Source: Elusimicrobiota bacterium (GTDB taxonomy: Bacteria > Elusimicrobiota > Elusimicrobia > JACQPE01). From it: 64,000 bases of DNA. Position numbers and translations under genes: made by a program. Each line of letters begins with the position of its first letter. The first letter of the stretch is position 1. The stretch spans positions 75,842-139,841 of the forward strand of contig JBHPMF010000002.1 in NCBI GenBank assembly GCA_042563375.1, written 5' to 3'. The notes below the pieces were generated by a model. The model was not told where the DNA came from. It did no database searches and saw only the letters and a list, made by a program, of their open reading frames with translations. This document shows positions 1 to 6,796 of the stretch, one piece after another.

Positions 1-237
1 TACAGACTGCGAATATGCGAATGTATAATGCTCGGTGAATACCTCCGGATCACCCAGAGCGATCCCCGGAGCGGGACTGATCGTTGCGTTGTGGCATAGG
101 ATACAGCAATGAGAAGCAGCAGCATCGGAATAGTCATCTCCATGGTGAGCGATGTGGAATGCCATGACGGCAAATGACGTGAACGCCAGGAAGAGACCCA
201 GGCGCAAAAATTGTTTTTTTATCTTAACCATATCCAT
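1..237 (-). CDS. Partial hypothetical protein (N-terminal part only; runs off the window start) with a signal/anchor helix and one CxxCH-like motif
   Basis: My reverse-complement translation from ATG 237-235 reads MDMVKIKKQFLRLGLFLAFTSFAVMAFHIAHHGDDYSDAAASHCCILCHNATISPAPG... and stays open to position 1. It is missing from the ORF track because it is truncated. Hydrophobic stretch LGLFLAFTSFAVMAF; CILCH motif. Confidence 0.3.
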   Translation of the reverse strand, partial: MDMVKIKKQFLRLGLFLAFTSFAVMAFHIAHHGDDYSDAAASHCCILCHNATISPAPGIALGDPEVFTEHYTFAYSQSV

Positions 238-293
238 CAGATATCTATGATAATTTTTATCAGCATATGATGCAAGAAAAGCAAACTCTCTCC

Positions 294-647
294 TTAATAC
301 GAATGAGTCCCCAAAACCACCCTCACCCCGAACTTTTTTTCAAGAAGGATCTTTAACTCGTCAAAATCAATGGGGCATTTCGCTGTCTCCATGGCGAGCT
401 TCATGCAAGTGCCCAAGTGTACAACTTCTATGTCCTGATCCAGATTCTTTGCGATCTCTTTGAGAAGTTTCATGCGCGGTACAACAAGCCCTGGGCAGTC
501 ACCGCAATCCGTCATTGCGATAAGCTTGATATCATCATGCTGGGCATACTCGCCGTTCTTCTCCCGCATACCCTTGTAACATTTGGCGCACGCTATGCAG
601 GAATGATCCTTCACTTTCTTGCAATATAATACTGCGATTTTCGCCAT
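294..647 (-). CDS. CGGC-domain protein (small Cys-rich redox/metal-binding protein)
   Basis: 117 aa. Cys pattern CIACAKC ... DCGDCPG ... GTC ... KCP resembles the CGGC domain family. GGAGGG RBS lies just upstream of ATG 647. Confidence 0.6.
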   Translation of the reverse strand: MAKIAVLYCKKVKDHSCIACAKCYKGMREKNGEYAQHDDIKLIAMTDCGDCPGLVVPRMKLLKEIAKNLDQDIEVVHLGTCMKLAMETAKCPIDFDELKILLEKKFGVRVVLGTHSY

Positions 648-693
648 GTGCCCTCCAACTACAAATTAGATTCAACAGACTATATTATAACTG

Positions 694-738
694 TTGACTC
701 ATTAATCTAGACTGTCTATACTGTAATTTGTAGAGTTT
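694..738 (+). promoter_or_regulatory. Putative sigma70-type promoter of the Trp-rich/hmc-like operon
   Basis: TTGACT (694-699), 17-bp spacer, TATACT (717-722), then GTAGAGTTT (730-738). The 11-bp palindrome TAGACTGTCTA (708-718) overlaps the -10. The same blocks at identical spacing occur at 11526-11570. Confidence 0.45.
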
Positions 739-816
739 AAAGTTTGAATTCGTACAGATACGCACTGAACATTTACGAATCAATCTTAATTTGGTTTACT
801 CTTACAAGTTATACAG

Positions 817-2064
817 ATGGCAGATTTAGATTGGAATAAAAATAAAAAACAGGTCGCGGATACCAAAAAGATCCTGGAGCAATATCCCAATATCCAGGAA
901 TTCGCTGTCAGCCCTGATGGCGAGAAGATCGCGGCTGTTGTAAAAAACCAGGAAGGCCAGTTCACGGCATGCGTGAACGGTGAACTGTGGTCAAACACCT
1001 ATGAATATATGTGGCACCTGCGCTTCCTTCCAAACGGTAAGCTCATAGCTCTGGTCAAGATAGATGGAGAGTGGACGCTTGCCGTTGATAACGAAGCTTG
1101 GCCTGAGAAATTCGAATATGCATGGAACCCGAAATTAAGCGAAAACGGAGAGACAATAGGACTTCTCTGCAAGCGCGACAATGTATACGGGGTAAGCCTT
1201 AATGGCAAGTTCTGGGAAAACACGTTTTTATCGATCCGTGATTATGCGATAAGCCCCGACGGCAAGCATGCCGCAGCAACAGTCCAGATAGACCCCCTGA
1301 AGGAAGCTGATGTCGAAGGATTTTTCAAGGGAGTCTGGAGCGTGGCGGTCGACGGCAGCGCATGGGGCGGCAAATATGTTAACTGCTGGAGCCCGATATT
1401 CAACTCTGACAGCTCAAAAGTGGCAGCTGAGATACGCACAGGCATCTGCGAATACTCGATCGCGCTCGATAATAAACCGTGGGATACGAAATTCGGATGC
1501 GTCTGGGCGCCTATATTCAAGCCGGGAAGCTCCTCGGTCATAACTCCCATAAGAGACCAGGGGAAATGGTCGCTTGCGGAGAACGGCAGTCCTATATGGG
1601 GCGGATATGTTCAGATCTGGCAGCATAAATTCAGTCCGGATGCTTCAAAAATAGCAGCAATAGTGGCACCCAGTTTCGGCAAATGGACCATAGCTGTAAA
1701 TGATAAGCCATGGGCCGATACCTACTCTGACATGGTACTATCCCCCATATTCTCCCCTGATAGCAAGAATGTTGCAGCCATCATTAAGGATAATGACAAA
1801 TGGACGATCGCAGTCAACGGAAAAGCATGGAAACAAGATTTCGATATGATCTGGGACCCGGCATTGAGCACTTCCGGATCAGTCGCTGCCAAGGCAGAAA
1901 AAGACAAAAAGTATATGATCGTTCTCAACGGCAATATCATCCCAAAAACCTATGAGAAACTCTGGGACCCCATATTCAGCCCGGATGGCGAAAAAATATT
2001 GCTGCGCTATGTAGAGGATGGAAAATATTTCAGAGAAGTTGCAGCCTTCGGAGATCTCAAATGA
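817..2064 (+). CDS. Tryptophan-rich repeat protein, PD40/TolB-like beta-propeller-type repeats, cytoplasmic (possible TmcD analogue)
   Basis: 415 aa with 21 Trp. Nine ~45-aa units, e.g. KWTIAVNGKAWKQDFDMIWDP and KWTIAVNDKPWADTYSDMVLSPIFSPD. Recurrent SPDG/SPDS motifs; no signal peptide; first gene after the promoter at 694. Confidence 0.7.
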   Translation: MADLDWNKNKKQVADTKKILEQYPNIQEFAVSPDGEKIAAVVKNQEGQFTACVNGELWSNTYEYMWHLRFLPNGKLIALVKIDGEWTLAVDNEAWPEKFEYAWNPKLSENGETIGLLCKRDNVYGVSLNGKFWENTFLSIRDYAISPDGKHAAATVQIDPLKEADVEGFFKGVWSVAVDGSAWGGKYVNCWSPIFNSDSSKVAAEIRTGICEYSIALDNKPWDTKFGCVWAPIFKPGSSSVITPIRDQGKWSLAENGSPIWGGYVQIWQHKFSPDASKIAAIVAPSFGKWTIAVNDKPWADTYSDMVLSPIFSPDSKNVAAIIKDNDKWTIAVNGKAWKQDFDMIWDPALSTSGSVAAKAEKDKKYMIVLNGNIIPKTYEKLWDPIFSPDGEKILLRYVEDGKYFREVAAFGDLK

Positions 2065-2163
2065 ATTTCCTTCTTCCTTTTAGCCCTCAGCCCTCCGCGA
2101 AGCAGTCCTATGGTATGCCCCATAGGGCAGCCCTCAGCCCTTATACATGCGGAGCATCTATCC

Positions 2164-2811
2164 ATGTATGAATTCACGCGCGGCCCACTGATCTGGATAG
2201 CATTCCTCGTATTCATAGGAGGGACCATCTATAAGATCGTGACCGCATATACCCAGGTCAAAAAGGAAAAAGTGGTCCTCCCGTATATGGACCTTAAATA
2301 CGGCATGCGCTCTATCATTCACTGGGTAATCCCATTTGGCAGTAAGAATATGAGGATACGCCCTGTCTTCACTATTCTCTCCTTCATATTCCATTTCTGC
2401 CTTATAGCCGCACCGATATTCCTTCTGGGGCACAATCTCTTATGGAAAGAAGCTTTTGAGATCTCATGGTGGTGTTTCCCGGAAAAAGTAACCAATGTAA
2501 TGGCGTTCATTGTTGTAATAATCGGATTCTTTTTCCTGTTAAGAAGGATGGTCAGCCCCACTTTGCGCTTTATCAATGAATGGACTGATTATGGCTTTAT
2601 TCTCATTGTGCTGCTGCCTTTTATCACAGGGATCATGGCTTATTACCAGATCTTTGATTATGCGACTGTAATGACGCTGCATATCTGGTCAGGCGCGATA
2701 TGGCTTATGGCTATTCCTTTCACGCGAGTAATTCATATGATCTATTTCCCCTTAACCAGAGCCTACATGGGCTGTGAATTCGGCCTGGTGCGCAACGCGA
2801 GGGACTGGTAA
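2164..2811 (+). CDS. Membrane di-heme cytochrome b subunit, NarI/DsrM/HmcE-like
   Basis: ORF track gives 2110..2811. I prefer ATG 2164 (MYEFTRGPLIWIAFLVFIGG...) because the first 18 codons lie in a repeat. About 5 TM helices with conserved His (HWVIPF, FHFCLIAAP, HIWSG, VIHMIY). Confidence 0.75.
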   Translation: MYEFTRGPLIWIAFLVFIGGTIYKIVTAYTQVKKEKVVLPYMDLKYGMRSIIHWVIPFGSKNMRIRPVFTILSFIFHFCLIAAPIFLLGHNLLWKEAFEISWWCFPEKVTNVMAFIVVIIGFFFLLRRMVSPTLRFINEWTDYGFILIVLLPFITGIMAYYQIFDYATVMTLHIWSGAIWLMAIPFTRVIHMIYFPLTRAYMGCEFGLVRNARDW

Positions 2812-2833
2812 TGAAGAATGTGACACCCCGCAT

Positions 2834-2882
2834 TTCCCCTCGCCCCTTGGGGGAGAGGGCAAGCGAAGCGCGGGTGAGGGGT
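2834..2882. repeat. Family A hairpin repeat (CCTCGCCCCTTGGGGGAGAGGG...GGGTGAGGGG) between the cyt-b and HdrD-like genes
   Basis: ttcccctcgccccttgggggagagggcaagcgaagcgcgggtgaggggt. Related copies at 7386, 19118, 19206, 23161, 25151, 25451, 27438, 40185 and 49008. Confidence 0.8.
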
Positions 2883-2964
2883 TTCCTTTTAAAAAATAAA
2901 GGCAATCAACGGGGCGCAAGTCTCCGCGCTACGACAAGAAAAGAGAAGGCTGAAAAAATTTAAT

Positions 2965-4299
2965 ATGAAGATCTTCGACACTCCGGAAAGCAAGGTCATA
3001 GACCCCGGTCTGGACGAGACCGTAAAAAAACTCACTCCCGAGAAGATCAAGAAAGTTATCCAGCATGTCTTAACCAAGGAAACAGGCGCGCGCTTGAAGA
3101 TCTACCAAGACACATGCGTGCGCTGCGGGCTTTGCGCTGAAGCCTGCCATACATACCTTTCGCGCAACCGCGATCCCCTGTTCGCTCCTGTATCAAAGGT
3201 AAAAAATACGCTTTTGGAACTTATTAAAAGCAATGGCGATGTGAGCCCTGAATTCGTGCGCCAGATGGCGCGCATCGTGTTCACCGAATGCGGCGGCTGC
3301 CGCCGCTGCAGCATGTACTGCCCGTTCGGGATCGATATTTCCTATCTCATAACAGTGGTGCGCAGGATATGCAACCTTCTGGGCGTTGTGCCGCTTTATC
3401 TGCAAGATACGACCAACAGCCACTCAGTGACCTTCAATCAGATGTGGGTTCAAGCTGATGAGTGGATAGATACCTTGCAATGGCAGGAAGAAGAAGCTCA
3501 GATGGAGATGAAAGGCGCTGTGATCCCCCTTGAGAAAGAGGGCGCTGATATTATGTATTCAGTCATTGGGCCTGAGCCCAAGATCCTGGCCCAGTTGCTG
3601 GGTAATATTGCCAAGATCATGAAAGTAGCCGGCCTTGACTGGACCATGCCGGCCACTGATGGCTGGGACAACAGCAACATGGCCATGTATTCAGGGGATT
3701 TTGAGATCATGGGCCGCGTTGAACGACTTCACTGGGAAACAGCAGCAAGGCTGAAGGTGAAAAAAATAGTTATGGGTGAATGCGGACACGCTTTCCGGGG
3801 AGCAGTATATGACGGACCCCGCTGGCTCGGCTGGCAATACCCCCCCATACAAATGGTGCATGCTATCGAATTTTATTATGACCTGATAAAAAGCGGAAAG
3901 ATCAAGATCAAGAAGAAATACAAGGAACTCGTCACTGTGCAGGACCCGTGCAATACAGTGCGCGGCCGCGGTTTAGGTTATAAACTGCGCTTTGTCATAG
4001 ACGCGCTATGCGAAAATTTTATCGATGTAAGCCCTAATCACGAACACAACTACTGCTGCGCAGCCGGAGGCGGAATCATCAATTGTGGTCCTCCATGGAA
4101 AATCTCACGCATGACAAGCAATAAGGTGAAGGCTGAACAGCTCGCAGAAACAAAGGCGCACGTTGTCATAACCCCATGCCACAACTGCCACAGCGGACTC
4201 GAAGATATCATCAAACACTATCGCCTCGGCATGCACACCAAATTCATAAGCGAGATCCTTGTGGAAGCCATGGAAATACCGGAGGATCTGCAGCCATGA
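2965..4299 (+). CDS. Cytoplasmic Fe-S / CCG-domain protein, HdrD/DsrK/HmcF-like
   Basis: 444 aa. Two ferredoxin-type motifs (CVRCGLCAEACH, CGGCRRCSMYCP) plus CCG-domain cysteines (DPCNTVRG, NYCCAAGGG, PCHNCH). Its stop overlaps the next start (ATGA at 4296-4299). Confidence 0.85.
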   Translation: MKIFDTPESKVIDPGLDETVKKLTPEKIKKVIQHVLTKETGARLKIYQDTCVRCGLCAEACHTYLSRNRDPLFAPVSKVKNTLLELIKSNGDVSPEFVRQMARIVFTECGGCRRCSMYCPFGIDISYLITVVRRICNLLGVVPLYLQDTTNSHSVTFNQMWVQADEWIDTLQWQEEEAQMEMKGAVIPLEKEGADIMYSVIGPEPKILAQLLGNIAKIMKVAGLDWTMPATDGWDNSNMAMYSGDFEIMGRVERLHWETAARLKVKKIVMGECGHAFRGAVYDGPRWLGWQYPPIQMVHAIEFYYDLIKSGKIKIKKKYKELVTVQDPCNTVRGRGLGYKLRFVIDALCENFIDVSPNHEHNYCCAAGGGIINCGPPWKISRMTSNKVKAEQLAETKAHVVITPCHNCHSGLEDIIKHYRLGMHTKFISEILVEAMEIPEDLQP

Positions 4300-5354
4300 G
4301 CATAACACGGCGTAAATTCCTAGGCATCCTAGGAGCCGGCACCGCTACCGCGGCCCTGCCCGATATTACTCGCGCCATGCAGGAATTCAAAGGGTACGCG
4401 AACAGTCTGGGCGTGCTTCATGATACCACGCGCTGTGTAGGTTGCCGTTCATGCGAAGAAGCTTGCAATGAAGTAAATGCTCTCCCGGCACCCGAAGCTT
4501 CCTTTAAGGATGAAAAGATACTTGATGCGACACGCCGCACGAACTACAAAACTTTCACTGTTGTCAATAAATATAAAGTCCAAAAGAAAACAAAAAAAGG
4601 CGAAAAAAAGACCTTAACGATTTTTAGAAAACAGCAATGCAATCATTGCCTAGAGCCTGCATGCGCTTCAGCTTGCTTTGTGAGCGCGTTTAAGAAAACT
4701 CCACAGGGCTCTGTAAGTTATAACGAAGATGTGTGCGTGGGATGCAGATACTGCATGGTGGCTTGCCCATTTTACGTGCCAACATACTCATACAACAGCC
4801 CTTTTGACCCAAAGATCACCAAGTGCACAATGTGCCTCCCAAGGATCCTTGAAGGAAAACTCCCTGGATGCGTTGAAGCGTGCCCGGCTGAAGCGCTTAC
4901 ATTTGGCAAGCGTGATGACCTTCTAAAGATCGCGCGCACGCGCATAAAAGATCATCCGGACAGATATATAAACAAGATATACGGTGAGCATGATATGGGC
5001 GGCACAAGCTGGATGTATCTCTCAGGTGTGCCATTCGAAAAACTGGGCCTGCCCAACCTTGGCAAGACCCCGGCTCCGGACCTCACGCATGGCGCCCTCT
5101 CGGCCGTGCCTGTTGTGATCCCGTTATGGCTCACGTTCCTCACGGGCATGTATGCCATAAACAAAAACAAAGATAAGGAAAACAAACTGGACAAAGAAAA
5201 CTCTGTTGAAAGCGCAATGGCCAAAGTGCGCGAAGAGGAATCCAAAAAAGCCGCTGCAACAGCTGAAAGACTAAAGAAGGAAAAGGAAAAAGCAGTGGAA
5301 ACAGCCGTGAAAAAAGCTTTGAGCGAGCAAGGAAAAAATCAGGAAAAGAAATGA
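4296..5354 (+). CDS. Tat-exported 4x[4Fe-4S] ferredoxin subunit, DsrO/HmcB/PsrB-like, with a C-terminal TM anchor
   Basis: ORF track starts at 4176, but the twin-arginine signal MSITRRKFLGILGAGTATAALP begins at ATG 4296. Cys clusters: CVGCRSCEEAC, CNHCLEPACASAC, CVGCRYCMVACP, CTMC..CVEACP. TM helix VPVVIPLWLTFLTGMYAI followed by a K/E-rich tail. Confidence 0.85.
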   Translation: MSITRRKFLGILGAGTATAALPDITRAMQEFKGYANSLGVLHDTTRCVGCRSCEEACNEVNALPAPEASFKDEKILDATRRTNYKTFTVVNKYKVQKKTKKGEKKTLTIFRKQQCNHCLEPACASACFVSAFKKTPQGSVSYNEDVCVGCRYCMVACPFYVPTYSYNSPFDPKITKCTMCLPRILEGKLPGCVEACPAEALTFGKRDDLLKIARTRIKDHPDRYINKIYGEHDMGGTSWMYLSGVPFEKLGLPNLGKTPAPDLTHGALSAVPVVIPLWLTFLTGMYAINKNKDKENKLDKENSVESAMAKVREEESKKAAATAERLKKEKEKAVETAVKKALSEQGKNQEKK

Positions 5355-5381
5355 CCTCAGAACAATTAATGCCCACCCGTT

Positions 5382-5416
5382 CTGTCATCCTGAATTTAGT
5401 TCAGGATCTCAACAGG
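5382..5416. repeat. Family B solo hairpin (CTGTCATCCTGAATTTAGTTCAGGATCTCAA)
   Basis: Same sequence as the left end of the full elements at 18654-18763 and 57419-57519. Lies between the FeS and NrfD-like genes. Confidence 0.8.
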
Positions 5417-5439
5417 TCATTCCTTTTAGGATCCAATCT

Positions 5440-6660
5440 ATGACCGACTTAATAGACATAAAAGCCCTTATAGCCAGGATCAAGGAGATCATTGCATCTG
5501 AGATCGAATACTTAAAAACCGGAGTCATCTTCACCCCGTTCAACATCATTTCAGGCCTCATCGTACTCATGGGCATCTATCTTACGTTCTTAAGATTCAC
5601 CGGAGGCCTTGCTTCAGTCTCTAACCTTTCAGACAATACCCCTTGGGGTATCTGGATATCATTCGACCTGTACACAGGAGTCGCTTTAGCTGCCGGCGGA
5701 TATGTGACAAGCGCGGCTGTGTATATCTTCGGCATGAAAAAACACCATTCAGCTGTGCGCCCTGCCATACTCACAGGATTCTTGGGCTACGCGCTGGTCG
5801 TATTCGCCTTGCATTATGATGTTGGAAGACCATGGCGCCTGCCTTACCCCTTTATCATGAGCCGCGGAGTCACATCTGTGATGTTCGAGGTGGCAGCATG
5901 CGTTGCCATGTATCTTTCCGTGCTTTTCCTTGAATTCTCGCCCGCAGCCCTCGAGTGGCTCGGCATTAAAAAACTAAGGAGCCTGATACGCAAATTTACG
6001 ATAGCGCTTACGATCTTCGGTGTCGTGCTCTCAACGCTTCACCAGTCATCATTGGGAGCCATGCTTTTGATCGCTCCCGGAAAACTTCACCCCCTATGGT
6101 ATTCGCGCTTTGTGCCTGTATTTTTCTTTGTTTCAAGCATCGCAGCCGGGCTTTCCATGGTACTTTTCGAAGGACTGCTTTCTCATAGATATTTCAAGGT
6201 GGATGAGCATCATCACAAGCAATACGACAGCTTGACCATGACATTCGGCAAAGCTTCAGCCATGGTTCTTGCCGGATATTTCGCGATCAAGATGATAGGA
6301 GTGGCTGAAAGCAATCACTGGGGCCTGCTCTTAACGCCATACGGAGCCCTATTCCTTACTGAGATATTGGGATTCGTGCTTTTACCTTGTTTTCTCTTCA
6401 CGATCGGCTACAAAGAGAGAAATCTGGGACTTATAAGGATATCAGCTGTTATTACAGTACTTGGGATAATGTTCAACAGATTTAACATGACATTTTTCGC
6501 CTTCAACTGGCAACTGCCATGGAGCCAAAGATATATACCGCACTGGATGGAAATAGGCATATCAGTGTTCATAGTAACGGTCGGGATACTTGTGTATAGA
6601 TTTATAGTAAACAGGATGCCTATACTGCACGAGCATCCTGACTACAAGGAAGCCCATTAA
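5440..6660 (+). CDS. NrfD/PsrC-family integral membrane quinone-interacting subunit (DsrP/HmcC-like)
   Basis: 406 aa and highly hydrophobic, with about 10 predicted helices. Sits directly after the Tat FeS subunit, as in Psr/Nrf/Dsr/Hmc modules. Confidence 0.85.
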   Translation: MTDLIDIKALIARIKEIIASEIEYLKTGVIFTPFNIISGLIVLMGIYLTFLRFTGGLASVSNLSDNTPWGIWISFDLYTGVALAAGGYVTSAAVYIFGMKKHHSAVRPAILTGFLGYALVVFALHYDVGRPWRLPYPFIMSRGVTSVMFEVAACVAMYLSVLFLEFSPAALEWLGIKKLRSLIRKFTIALTIFGVVLSTLHQSSLGAMLLIAPGKLHPLWYSRFVPVFFFVSSIAAGLSMVLFEGLLSHRYFKVDEHHHKQYDSLTMTFGKASAMVLAGYFAIKMIGVAESNHWGLLLTPYGALFLTEILGFVLLPCFLFTIGYKERNLGLIRISAVITVLGIMFNRFNMTFFAFNWQLPWSQRYIPHWMEIGISVFIVTVGILVYRFIVNRMPILHEHPDYKEAH

Positions 6661-6661
6661 A

Positions 6662-6796
6662 ATGGAGCATAGCAGCATACATACTCTCCAGGAATTCTTA
6701 CTCCACACTGAAGCTGTGATGTATGTGGTTGCTGTTATGATATTGATCGGATTTATATGGTTCTATGGCGCACTAACAAGCAATGAAGAAAATTAA
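6662..6796 (+). CDS. Unlisted 44-aa single-TM peptide (HmcD-like position)
   Basis: Hand translation: MEHSSIHTLQEFLLHTEAVMYVVAVMILIGFIWFYGALTSNEEN*. ATG lies 1 nt after the NrfD-like stop (TAAaATG). AAGGA sits 11 nt upstream. The 3' end overlaps the cytochrome start by 14 nt. Below the 60-aa ORF-track cutoff. Confidence 0.5.
   Translation: MEHSSIHTLQEFLLHTEAVMYVVAVMILIGFIWFYGALTSNEEN

Noticed and set aside
2109-2125. 14-nt identity GGTATGCCCCATAG shared with 7651-7665 inside hmcA
   Set aside because: A handful of 14-mer coincidences are expected by chance in 64 kb on both strands. There is no extended similarity around it.
4176-4295. N-terminal 40-codon extension of the FeS subunit ORF
   Set aside because: It overlaps the 3' end of the HdrD-like gene in another frame. 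The Tat signal starts at ATG 4296, which forms an ATGA junction.
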